Assembly: GCA_965199715.1 (NCBI GenBank)
Contig: OZ241322.1
Span: 320,001 to 384,000 of the forward strand
DNA: 64,000 nt
DNA from: Vicinamibacteria bacterium
GTDB taxonomy: Bacteria > Acidobacteriota > Vicinamibacteria > Marinacidobacterales > Marinacidobacteraceae
Direction of reading: 5' to 3'
The notes beneath the pieces are model-generated. The model did no database searches, was not told the DNA's origin, and worked only from the letters and a program-made list of their open reading frames with translations. Numbering within the stretch: the first letter of the stretch is position 1; the number at the start of each line of letters is the position of its first letter. Shown piece by piece: positions 19,212-28,568 of this stretch. Both the position numbers and the translations under genes were made by a program.

Positions 19212-19631
19212 ATGATCGGGATCGTCGTGGTGACCCACGGCCAGTTGGCGCGGGAGCTGGTCGCGGCCGCGGAGATGATCACCGGGGACGACATCCCGAA
19301 CGCCACGTCGGTCTCGATCGGCTGGCACGACGGCCCCGAAGAGGCGCGGGCGGCGATCGTCGCCGCGATAGAACGGGTGGAGAGCGACGACGGGATCGTG
19401 ATCCTGACCGACATGTTCGGCGGCACGCCCTCGAACCTCGCGCTGAGCCTGCTCCGGGCGGGGGCCGTGGAGGTCGTCACCGGCGTGAACCTGCCGATGC
19501 TGATCCGGCTGGTCTCGTTCCCCCAGGAAGACGAGGTGGAACTGCTCGCCGCAGCGCGGGCGGCGCTCTCCCAGGGCAAGGAGAACATCTACCTCGCCTC
19601 CGAGCTGCTCGGCCGCGACCCCGCCAAGTGA
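19212..19631 (+). CDS. PTS EIIA component, mannose/fructose type
   Basis: VVTHG phospho-His, DMFGGTPSN, GVNLPML. Confidence 0.93.
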   Translation: MIGIVVVTHGQLARELVAAAEMITGDDIPNATSVSIGWHDGPEEARAAIVAAIERVESDDGIVILTDMFGGTPSNLALSLLRAGAVEVVTGVNLPMLIRLVSFPQEDEVELLAAARAALSQGKENIYLASELLGRDPAK

Positions 19632-19641
19632 AGCGGCGTCC

Positions 19642-19911
19642 GTGGTCGAACGGGACGTCGCGATCACGAACCGGCTGGGTTTCCACGCCCGCGCCGCGGC
19701 GCGCTTCGTGAAGACCGCCTCCCGCTTCGACTCGGTGGTCACCGTGACCGCGGGCGGCGCCACGAGCGACGGCAAGAGCATCCTCGGGCTCCTGTTCCTC
19801 GCCGCGGGGGCCGGAACCGAGATCCGCATCCGCGCGACCGGCCCCGACTCGGAGGCGGCGCTCGACGCCCTCGCGCGGCTGGTCCAGAACGGCTTCGGAG
19901 AGACCGGATGA
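19642..19911 (+). CDS. ptsH: Phosphocarrier protein HPr
   Basis: GFHARAA (His15) and KSILG (Ser46). Confidence 0.95.
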   Translation: MVERDVAITNRLGFHARAAARFVKTASRFDSVVTVTAGGATSDGKSILGLLFLAAGAGTEIRIRATGPDSEAALDALARLVQNGFGETG

Positions 19912-21620
19912 GCGCCGAGATCACGCTCACCGGCGAGGCGGCCGCTCCCGGGGTCGCGGTCGCGCCGGCGACGCTCTTCGAGCGGAGCGTGGTCCCGATC
20001 TTCCGGGTGACGGTGGCGCGGCGCCAAGCGCCCTTCGAGCTGCGGCGGTTCGAGCTGGCGTGCGAACAGGCGGAGGGGCAGCTCGAGCGCATCCAGGAAT
20101 CCACCCGCAACGCGATCGGAAGCGACCACGCCTACCTGTTCGAGGCGCAGAAGCTCATGATCCGGGACCCGGTGCTTGTCAGCCGGGTGCGCGAGATCAT
20201 CCGCTCCGAGCAGACGAACGCCGAGTGGGCGCTCGGCAAGGCGCTCGGCGAACTGGAGGCGGTCTTCGACGGCCTCGCCGACGACTACCTGCGCCAGCGG
20301 CGGGGCGACGTCGCCGACGTGGGCGGCCGCCTGCTGAAGAACCTCTCCGGAGGCGACGAGCGCGGGCTCCAGACGCTCGAGCGCAACCACGTGGTCATCG
20401 CCGGCGACCTTGGCCCCTCGGACGCGGCCGAGCTCGACTGGCCGCACGTGGCGGCCATGGCGATGGAGGCGGGCGGCCCGACGTACCACAGCGCGATCCT
20501 CGCGCGGACCCACGGGGTGCCCTGCGTCACCGGGGTGGCCGGGCTCCGCGAGGAGGTGCGCATCGGGGGAACCCTGGTCGTGGACGGCTTCGAGGGAGTG
20601 GTGGTCGTGAACCCCTCGGAGGAGACGCTCCGCCGCGCCCGCCGGAAGCGCGTCCGGGAGCGGGAGCGCCGCCGGCGCATGCTGCGCACCGCCCGGAGCC
20701 GCGCCGAGACCGCCGACGGCCAGCGGGTCGCACTCCTCGCCAACCTCGACAGCCCGGACGAACTGGAGCTGGTGCGGCAGTACGGGGCGGAGGGCGTCGG
20801 CCTGTTCCGCACCGAGCGGATCGCCGGCCCGAGCGTCCCGAACGAGGAGGAGCAGTTCCGGATCTATCGCCGGCTCGCCCGCTCGCTCGCGCCGCATCCG
20901 CTGGTGATCCGCGCCTTCGACCTCGACGCGATCGCGCTCGGTCGCTCCCGCGAGCAGAATCCGGCGCTCGGGCTGCGCGGCGCCCGCCTCCTCACCGAGT
21001 CCTCCGCCGTCTTCGAGGCCCAGATCCGAGCCGTGCTCCGCGCCGCCGCCCACGGCGAGATCCAGTTGATGTTCCCGATGGTCGGCGGACTCGAGGAGTT
21101 CCGGGCGGCCCGCGCCCACGTCCGGACGGCGACCGGCGAACTGGAGAAGAACGAGATCCCCTTCCGCGAGCCGCCGGTCGGGGCCATGCTGGAGCTCCCG
21201 TCGGCCGCCGCGACCGCCGACTTCGTCGCGAGCGAGGCCGACTTCCTGAGCATCGGCACCAACGACCTGATGCAGTACCTCTTCGGGGCCGATCGGGCCA
21301 ACGAGCGGGTCGCGCACTTCAACGATCCCTTCCACCCGGCCTTCCTGCGCACGATCCGGTTCGCGATCCGGGCGGCGCAGGGGACGGGAACCCCGCTCGC
21401 CATCTGCGGGGAGGTGGCCCGCGAGCCGCTCATCATGCCCCTGCTGCTGGGGTTCGGCGTGCGCAGCTTCTCGATGAGCCCGCAAGCGGTGCCGGAGGTC
21501 AAGGAGCTGATCGGAAACGTCGAGATCGGCGTCGCCGAGAAGCTCGCTTCGGAGATCGTCCAAGTGCCGACCGCGCAGGAGATCCGCGCCCGGGTGATGC
21601 GGCGCGTCGGGGCTTCCTGA
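19908..21620 (+). CDS. ptsI: PEP-protein phosphotransferase (Enzyme I)
   Basis: GGPTYHSAIL, GVGLFRTE, NPALGLRG, SIGTNDLMQY, ICGE. Confidence 0.95.
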   Translation: MSAEITLTGEAAAPGVAVAPATLFERSVVPIFRVTVARRQAPFELRRFELACEQAEGQLERIQESTRNAIGSDHAYLFEAQKLMIRDPVLVSRVREIIRSEQTNAEWALGKALGELEAVFDGLADDYLRQRRGDVADVGGRLLKNLSGGDERGLQTLERNHVVIAGDLGPSDAAELDWPHVAAMAMEAGGPTYHSAILARTHGVPCVTGVAGLREEVRIGGTLVVDGFEGVVVVNPSEETLRRARRKRVRERERRRRMLRTARSRAETADGQRVALLANLDSPDELELVRQYGAEGVGLFRTERIAGPSVPNEEEQFRIYRRLARSLAPHPLVIRAFDLDAIALGRSREQNPALGLRGARLLTESSAVFEAQIRAVLRAAAHGEIQLMFPMVGGLEEFRAARAHVRTATGELEKNEIPFREPPVGAMLELPSAAATADFVASEADFLSIGTNDLMQYLFGADRANERVAHFNDPFHPAFLRTIRFAIRAAQGTGTPLAICGEVAREPLIMPLLLGFGVRSFSMSPQAVPEVKELIGNVEIGVAEKLASEIVQVPTAQEIRARVMRRVGAS

Positions 21621-21629
21621 GCCGGACGC

Positions 21630-23279
21630 TCAGAAATTCGGCCGCCGTTCGCGGAAGTCCGTCGCTTCCTCGAGCGCCCGCGCCGCGAGCAGCAGCCGCT
21701 CCTCGCCGTACACCTGTCCGACGAGGGCGATCCCGGTCGGGGTTCCGTCCTCCTCGAAGCCGTTCGGAACGGTCACGACCGGGTGCCCAGTCATGCTGGT
21801 CATCGGGTTCACCGCCCGCCACGGCGTGACCACGGCGTCCAGCCCGTCCATGGCCCGATGGACCTCCAGCATGTTCCGGTAGCGGATCCGGTTCGCCTGC
21901 AGGTAGTCCACCGCGGGAACGAGCCGCGAGGCCCGGAGCTCGCCCCGGTGCCCCTGCCGCACGAGGTCCCGGTCCATGCCGCTTCGGGCGAATTCCTCGA
22001 AGCCGGCGGCGCGCTCGACGTACTCGATGAAGTAGGTGAGGCGGTTGTCGGGCAATTCCACCGGCTGCAGGTCGTGGCCGAGGCCGCGCAGGGTCTCGAG
22101 GCTGCGCCGGGCGTTCCCGTCGGCCTCCTCGAAGGCGAAAGCGAGGAAGCCGAGGCGCAGGTCGCCGCCGGACGCGGTTCCGTCCCAGTTGAAGGGAACG
22201 TCCCGGACCGTCGCCAGATCCCGGTCGTCGGGTCCGGCGACGGCGTGGAGCACGAGCGCGGCGTCCTCGGCCGAGCGGGTCATCGGACCGATCTTGTCGA
22301 GCGAGAAGCCGGCCGCCATGACGCCGTGTCGGCTCACCCGTCCGAACGTGGGGCGCAGGCCGAAGACGCCGCAACGGACGGCGGGCGACAGGATCGAGCC
22401 GCCAGTGTCGGTCCCGATGGCGAAGCCGACGAGGCCCCCGCCGGCCGCCGAGCCGGAGCCGGCGGAGGAGCCGCTCGAACCCTCGTCGGGGTTCCACGGG
22501 TTGTTCGTGCGTCCGCCGAACCAGTTGTGGCCGAACGCGAGTTCGCCGGTCGTGAGCTTGGCCACGAGCACCGCCCCCGCCGCGTCGAGCCGCTCCACCA
22601 CGGCGGCGTCGAGATCGATTTCCTGATCCTCAAAAACCCCGGCCCCCCAGGTCGTGCGATACCCGCGCACCGCGATGATGTCCTTCGCGCCCCACGGGAC
22701 GCCGTGGAGCGGCCCCCGGTAGCGCCCGGCGGCGATCTCCGCGTCGGCTGCGCGCGCCTGCTCGCGCGCTCGCTCCGGAGTCAGGGTCACGACGCAGTTG
22801 AGGACCGGGTTCAGCCGCTCCAGCCGGGCGAGGTACATCTCGGTGAGTTCGACCGACGTGACCGCTCGGGTCTCGAGGAGGCGGGCGAGCCGGGTCACCG
22901 GCCAGAAGGCGACTTCCTCCAGATCGGCCGGACGAGTCGGCGCGGGCGCTTCGCGGCGGCGGAGCGGGCGCTCCTCCCGGTCGAACCTCATGCCGGGGAC
23001 GGCCGGGTTGAAATAGAGCGGCGGCGGAATCGCGTTGTGGAGCGGGATCTCCCGGATCTCCTCGCAGAAGTCGAGGTTCTTGTTGGCCTCGTCCACCATG
23101 AGCCCGAGCTCCTCGTCGGAGAACTCGAGTCCGGCGAGCGCGGCCGCCTCCCGCATCATCGAGAAGCGGATCCGCGCCGCGCCGCTCTGGTCGAGGCGCG
23201 TCCACAGACAGCCGGGAAGGAGCGTTCCGGAGACGCCGGCGGCGTACGCCCAAGCGAGGAAGTTGCGTCGGCGGTACAT
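21630..23279 (-). CDS. Amidase signature family enzyme with Tat-like signal
   Basis: GPLHGVPWGAKD, GSSGSSAGS, GTDTGGSI; N-terminal RRNFL. Confidence 0.92.
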   Translation of the reverse strand: MYRRRNFLAWAYAAGVSGTLLPGCLWTRLDQSGAARIRFSMMREAAALAGLEFSDEELGLMVDEANKNLDFCEEIREIPLHNAIPPPLYFNPAVPGMRFDREERPLRRREAPAPTRPADLEEVAFWPVTRLARLLETRAVTSVELTEMYLARLERLNPVLNCVVTLTPERAREQARAADAEIAAGRYRGPLHGVPWGAKDIIAVRGYRTTWGAGVFEDQEIDLDAAVVERLDAAGAVLVAKLTTGELAFGHNWFGGRTNNPWNPDEGSSGSSAGSGSAAGGGLVGFAIGTDTGGSILSPAVRCGVFGLRPTFGRVSRHGVMAAGFSLDKIGPMTRSAEDAALVLHAVAGPDDRDLATVRDVPFNWDGTASGGDLRLGFLAFAFEEADGNARRSLETLRGLGHDLQPVELPDNRLTYFIEYVERAAGFEEFARSGMDRDLVRQGHRGELRASRLVPAVDYLQANRIRYRNMLEVHRAMDGLDAVVTPWRAVNPMTSMTGHPVVTVPNGFEEDGTPTGIALVGQVYGEERLLLAARALEEATDFRERRPNF

Positions 23280-23289
23280 CGGATCACCA

Positions 23290-24727
23290 GTCTATGCGCC
23301 GGACGCGCCAGCAGCGCGGCGCATCCGGCGGTCAGGGCGACCACGACCCCCGCGAGCGCGACGAGCCACGCGAGCGAGCAACCGGCCGCCGCGCCGGCCG
23401 TCGCCGCGAGGACCAACCGGCGCGTCGCCCCAGGTCGCCGCGCGCCTGCCCGACCACGCTCCCGAGAGCGAGCAGCAGCCCGGCCGCCCCGAAGATCCCG
23501 ACGGCCGGCGTCGCGATCGCGTCGGCCCCGAGCAGCGCCGCGCGGCGGCAGGTCGCGGTCTCCAGCTTCAGCACCCGCAACGCCGAGTCGGTCGAATGCG
23601 CCGCGTTCCGGATGGCGAGCAGCGCGTCCGGGCCGGGCGGCTCCCGCAGGCGCGCCACGACCTGGGTCGGTCGGGGGAAGGGGAACGGGGCCGAATTTCC
23701 GAACGGCACGAACATCGAACCCTCGACCGGGAAGGGGGGTCGCTCCCGACTGCGCACCTCGGGGACCACCCCCGCGATGCGGTACTGCTCGAGGCGTGAC
23801 CGCACGACGGTCCCGAGCGGGCTCCCCTCGATCCGCCGCGCCGGCGCGGCGTCGGCCAGCCCGACCGGTTCCGCCGGCGGAGCGTCGGACGGCAGCGAGC
23901 CGCGTCCTTCCGTGACCTCGAGGCCGAGCGTGCGAAACAGGTCGTGATGCACCCGAGCACCGCGACCTTCGCTTCCGCGTCGCCGTCGAGGCCGTCCCCG
24001 TCCAGAAAGCCACTGCCGGGCCAGTCGGGAAGTTGGTCCGCGACAGCAGCCGCTCCAGCGCGTGATCGAGCGCGAGCCGCGACAGCAGCCGCTCCAGCGC
24101 GTGATCGAGCGGCGGCGCCGGCGTCCACGCCTCGAATTCCGGGCCGGGGAACATGAAGCGCTCGGGCGTCACCCCCAGCACTCGATGCTCCGCGCCGTCC
24201 AGTTGGATCGTGCGGCCCACGATCTCCGGCGACCCGCCGAAGGCCTCCCGGAACAACCGCCAGCCGAGCACCACGCTCCCGTCGCCGGCGGCCACGAGCT
24301 CATGATCCTCGGGCCGGAACAAGCGTCCGTGCGCCGGCGCGATCCCGAGGTTGTCGAGCAGGCCCGGACTCACGCTGGCGGCGAGCAGGGCGCGGGTTCC
24401 GGCTTCGGTCTCGAGCACGGGCCGGGCCACCCTCCAGACGTCCACCGACTCGAACGAGTCGGACTCGGCGGCGAGGAAGCCGATTTCCCGCTCGAAGAGG
24501 AGCGCGGGGCTTCCGGGCGCCGCCCGCTCCACCACCAGCTCTACGAGCGCGTCCCCGTCCGGAAACGCCAGCGGCCGCCCGATCACGGCGTCCCACGCCG
24601 CGTTCGCGGCGACCGAGGCGGCGACCGCGAGGGAGACAAGCGCGACAGTCGCCGCGGTCGTCCCCGGAGTCGCTCGCAGCGAACGGACGGCGGCACGGAC
24701 CGACGCGCCCACCCGGCCGGACAGCAC
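23290..24727 (-). pseudogene. Degraded ADOP/MacB-like ABC permease (internal deletion and frameshifts)
   Basis: N-part AVRSLRATPGTTAATV...RPLAFPD...GRLFRPED...GRTIQLDG..RVLGVTP. Second-half fragments (HDLFRTLGLEVTEGR..IAGVV) lie in another frame. About 1.4 kb in total, far shorter than intact members. Ends are approximate. Confidence 0.75.
24038..24111. repeat. Tandem duplication: two identical 35-bp copies with a 39-bp period
   Basis: CCGCGACAGCAGCCGCTCCAGCGCGTGATCGAGCG at 24038-24072 and 24077-24111; encodes LDHALERLLSR twice. Confidence 0.95.
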
Positions 24728-24732
24728 GAGAC

Positions 24733-25338
24733 CTAACCGGGAGCGGATGGCCCCGACCCGGTCCGGTCGGGCCCGACGAATTCTCGCAGCAGATCTCGAC
24801 TCTGCTGGCGGACGAAGTACCTCCCCTCCGGGACGCTCGCGACGGCGGCCCCGTGGTGAAGCAGCAGCCGCACCGCCTTCACGTCCCCGGTCAGGAGCGC
24901 CAGCGCCGTTCGACGTGCACCCTGCGACGCGGCCCAGGTGAGCGGACTCCACCCGAAGCCCCCCGTCCGATTCACGTCCGCGCCCTCGCTCACGAGCCAC
25001 TCGACGACTTCCGTTCGGTCGAACCCCGCCGCCAGACGCAGCGGCATGCGTCCCTTCAGATTCCGGGCGTTGACGGACACGCCGCTGGCCGCGAGCGCCC
25101 GTACCGCGTCCAGATCTCGATCGGCCGCGGCGGCGACCAACCGGCCCTCGGGAGTCTCGTCACCACGCAATTCTGCGAAGAACTGTGCCTGCGTAACTGG
25201 ACCGTCCGTGGATTCGCGAGGTCGCTCCTGGGGTGCGTCGCGGCCGGGTTGGAATGCGCCCAGCCTCCACCAAGCGGCCCCCACGAAGATCCCCGCCGCG
25301 ATCAGAAGCAGCAGGGTGCGCGCGCGAACTCGTCGCAT
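24733..25338 (-). CDS. Membrane-anchored ankyrin repeat protein
   Basis: N-terminal TM; repeats GRMPLRLAA..EVVEWLVSEGADVN, GWSPLTWAA, VRLLLHHGA. Confidence 0.82.
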   Translation of the reverse strand: MRRVRARTLLLLIAAGIFVGAAWWRLGAFQPGRDAPQERPRESTDGPVTQAQFFAELRGDETPEGRLVAAAADRDLDAVRALAASGVSVNARNLKGRMPLRLAAGFDRTEVVEWLVSEGADVNRTGGFGWSPLTWAASQGARRTALALLTGDVKAVRLLLHHGAAVASVPEGRYFVRQQSRDLLREFVGPDRTGSGPSAPG

Positions 25339-25412
25339 CACGTTCCAACGCCAAGCAGAACCGGGAGGCCGCCGCAAGGGAAGGTCGGAACCGGCTCGGC
25401 CGAGCGCACTCG

Positions 25413-28400
25413 TCACTGGAAGTCCCGGCTTGGGATGTCGGGGGCCGCGATTTCCGGGCGGAAGAGGCGCTCCACGATGACGTGGGTCACCCCCTGGCCG
25501 GCCTCGGGGCCGGCGGAGCTCCGCTCGGTCTCGATCCGTCCGGAGACGCCGAGGAACGACAGCGTCAGGGCGAGGCGGCGCTGGCGCTCGAAGACGTCCG
25601 GCCAGAGGATCAGATTCACGAACCCGGTCTCGTCCTCAAGCGTCATGAACAGCACTCCCGAAGCGGTGCCCGGACGCTGCCGGCAGATCACGAGGCCGGC
25701 GTAGCGGACCTCATTCCCCGAGCGCATCGCCGCCACTTCCCGCGCGGTCGGAAGCCCGTCGGCCTTGAGCCGACCCCGAAGCGGCTCGAGCGGGTGGCCG
25801 CGCACGCTGTGACGGGTCGTCCGGTGGTCCCACGCGATGGACTCGAAGGAGTCGAGCCCGGCGAACCGGGGCGCGGGCTCTTGCAGCAGCGACTCGCCGG
25901 CCTCCCCGGCGGCGCCGAGCGCGGTCCAGACCGCCTCCCGGCGGTTCTTCGGGCCGAGGCCCCGGAAGGCGTCGGCCTCGGCGAGCGCGGCGAGCGCCTT
26001 CTTGCCGAGACCGGTCCGGCGGGCCAGATCCTCGATGGAGGCGAATCGCCCCTCGTTCCGGGCGCGGAGCAGTTTCGCCGCCTCGGCCTCGCCGAGCCCC
26101 TTCACGTATCGAAGGCCCATGCGGATCGCCGGCGCGTCCTTCCCGAACGGCTCGAGCGCGCAGTCCCAGCCGCTTCGGTTCCCGTCCACCGGGAGGAACC
26201 GCACCCCGCGCCGGCCCGCGTCCTGGATGATCGTGGAAGGCTGGTAGAAGCCCATCGGCTGGGCGTTCAGGAGCGCGCAGACCGACTCCGCCGGGTAGTG
26301 CCGGAGGATCCACGCGCCGGCGTAGCTGATGAGCGCGAAGCTCGCGGCGTGGCTCTCGGGGAACCCGTACTCGCCGAACCCCTGGATCTGCTGGACGATC
26401 CGCTCGGCGAACTCACGGGCGACGCCTCGGGCGGTCATCCGCGAGATCAGCCGCGTCCGGTGCCCGCCGATGCTGCCGGCGCGCCGCCACGCCGCCATGT
26501 CGCGGCGAAGCTGGTCCGCCTCGCCGGGCGAGTAGTCCGCCGCCACCACCGCGAGCCGCATCACCTGCTCTTGGAAGAGCGGCACTCCGAGCGTCTTCTC
26601 CAGCACCGGAACCAGCAGCGGGTGGGGGTACTCCACCGGTTCCTCGCCGCGCCGGCGGCGGAGATAGGGATGGACCATGCCCCCCGCGATCGGGCCGGGG
26701 CGGACGATGCTGATCTGGATGACGAGGTCGTAGTAGTTCTCGGGGCCGAGCCTCGGGAGCATGGACATCTGGGCGCGGCTCTCGATCTGGAACACCCCCA
26801 CGGTGCGCGCCTCGCGGATCATGGCGAAGGTCTCCGGGTCGTTCGGGGGGATGCTCGCCATGTCGAGGTCCACGCCCCGGGACTCGCGCAGCAGGCGGAA
26901 GGCGAGATCGAGCTGGGTGAGCGCCCCGAGCGCCAGCAGGTCCACCTTGAACAGGCCGAGCGCCTCGATGTCGTCCTTGTTCCACTGGATCACCGTCCGC
27001 CCCGGCATCGCCGCCCGCTCCACCGGGACGATCGTGGAGACCGGCTCCCGCCCGAGGAGGAAGCCCCCGGGATGGATCGAGAGGTGGCGGGGGAACCCCT
27101 GGATCTCGCCGACCAGCCGGATGAGATGGCGCACCGCCGGGGTCTCGGGCGACCACCCCGCCGCCTGGAGCGACCGGTCGGAGGCCGGCTCGTCGCGGGA
27201 GAAGCGCCGCGCCAGCCGGTCCACCGCTCCGGCGGAGAAGCCGAGCGCCTTGCCGAGGTCCCGGACCGCCGAACGGGTCCGGTAGCGGACGGTGTTCGCC
27301 ACCATCGCCGCCCGGTCCTCGCCGTACTTCCGGTACACGAAGCGGATCACCTCCTCGCGACGGGCGTGCATGACGTCCAGATCCATGTCCGGGGGCTCGG
27401 CCCGCTCCCGCGAGAGGAAGCGCTCGAACAGGAGGCGCATCCGCACCGGGTCCACCGCGGTGATCCCGAGGCAGTAGCAGACCGCCGAATTCGCCGCCGA
27501 GCCGCGCCCCTGGCAGAGGATCCGGTTCTCCTCGCAGAAGCGGACGATCTCATGCATGGTCAGGAAGTAGCCGCCGTAGTCGAGCTCCTCGATCAGCTCC
27601 AGCTCCTTCAGAAGCTGGCGGCGCACCGGCTCGGGGACGCCCTCGGGCCAGCGGCGGGCGGCGCCCTCGAAGGTCCGCTTCCGGAGCGCGTCCCCGTCGC
27701 CCTCCAGCGGGTAGCGGTAGCGGACGTCGTCGAGGGAGAAGCGGCAGCGCTCGCCGATCTCGAGGCTGCGGGCCACCGCCGCCGGGTGGTCGGCGAAGAG
27801 CGCGGCGAAGTTCGCCCCGGCGCGGAGGAAGTACTCGGCGTTCGGGCGCAGGAGGCGGCCCGCCCGGGCCAGCGGGGTCCGATGGCGGATCGCGGTGAGC
27901 GCGTCCTGGAGGTCGCGGCGACCCGGACGGTGGTAGAGCACCTCGGTGGCCGCGACCAGCGGCGCCTGGTAGCGCGCCGCGCGCTCCCGAAGGCGCGCCT
28001 CCTCGGGAACGTCGGAGTCGCGGGCGTGCCGGGGGAGCAGGATGGAGAGGCGCTCGCCGAAGGCGTCCCGGAACAGGCGGCCCTCGCGGTCGGGCGGGCC
28101 GTCGTCGAGGAGCGGCGTCCGGCCCGTCCCCCAAAGCGCCTGGAGCCCCTCGGCCGCTTCCGCGATCTCCTCGGGGCGGACGCCCGAGGTCCGGGTCCCC
28201 ATGGGGGCGCCGTCGTCGGCCTCGACCCGATGGGAACTCCGCATGAACCCCCGGGTCAGCAGCCGGCAGAGGTTCTTGTAGCCGGTCCCGTTCTCCGCGA
28301 GCAGCACGATCCCCCCGGCGGGCGCCCCGTCCTCTCCCAGAATTCCCGCCTCGGCCCCCACCACGAGCCGGAGACCGAGGTTCCGAGCCTCCACGTGGGC

Positions 28401-28544
28401 CTGCACCATGCCGCCGAGGCTCTCCCGGTCGGTGAGCGCGAGGCCCGGCAGGCCGATGGCGTGGGCCTCGGTCACGAGCTCCTGCGGGTGGCTCGCGCCC
28501 TCGAGGAGCGAGGCGTTGCTCTTGCACCACAGCGGGTAGTACAC
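25413..28544 (-). CDS. dnaE2: Error-prone DNA polymerase DnaE2 (ImuC)
   Basis: CQGRGSAANS, PDMDLD, LSIHPGG, YGFPESH, NAQPMGFY, RQRPGTASG, C-terminal SRDFQ. Confidence 0.97.
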   Translation of the reverse strand: MYYPLWCKSNASLLEGASHPQELVTEAHAIGLPGLALTDRESLGGMVQAHVEARNLGLRLVVGAEAGILGEDGAPAGGIVLLAENGTGYKNLCRLLTRGFMRSSHRVEADDGAPMGTRTSGVRPEEIAEAAEGLQALWGTGRTPLLDDGPPDREGRLFRDAFGERLSILLPRHARDSDVPEEARLRERAARYQAPLVAATEVLYHRPGRRDLQDALTAIRHRTPLARAGRLLRPNAEYFLRAGANFAALFADHPAAVARSLEIGERCRFSLDDVRYRYPLEGDGDALRKRTFEGAARRWPEGVPEPVRRQLLKELELIEELDYGGYFLTMHEIVRFCEENRILCQGRGSAANSAVCYCLGITAVDPVRMRLLFERFLSRERAEPPDMDLDVMHARREEVIRFVYRKYGEDRAAMVANTVRYRTRSAVRDLGKALGFSAGAVDRLARRFSRDEPASDRSLQAAGWSPETPAVRHLIRLVGEIQGFPRHLSIHPGGFLLGREPVSTIVPVERAAMPGRTVIQWNKDDIEALGLFKVDLLALGALTQLDLAFRLLRESRGVDLDMASIPPNDPETFAMIREARTVGVFQIESRAQMSMLPRLGPENYYDLVIQISIVRPGPIAGGMVHPYLRRRRGEEPVEYPHPLLVPVLEKTLGVPLFQEQVMRLAVVAADYSPGEADQLRRDMAAWRRAGSIGGHRTRLISRMTARGVAREFAERIVQQIQGFGEYGFPESHAASFALISYAGAWILRHYPAESVCALLNAQPMGFYQPSTIIQDAGRRGVRFLPVDGNRSGWDCALEPFGKDAPAIRMGLRYVKGLGEAEAAKLLRARNEGRFASIEDLARRTGLGKKALAALAEADAFRGLGPKNRREAVWTALGAAGEAGESLLQEPAPRFAGLDSFESIAWDHRTTRHSVRGHPLEPLRGRLKADGLPTAREVAAMRSGNEVRYAGLVICRQRPGTASGVLFMTLEDETGFVNLILWPDVFERQRRLALTLSFLGVSGRIETERSSAGPEAGQGVTHVIVERLFRPEIAAPDIPSRDFQ

Positions 28545-28568
28545 GGGCGACTCAGCGGCGGGCCGGCC

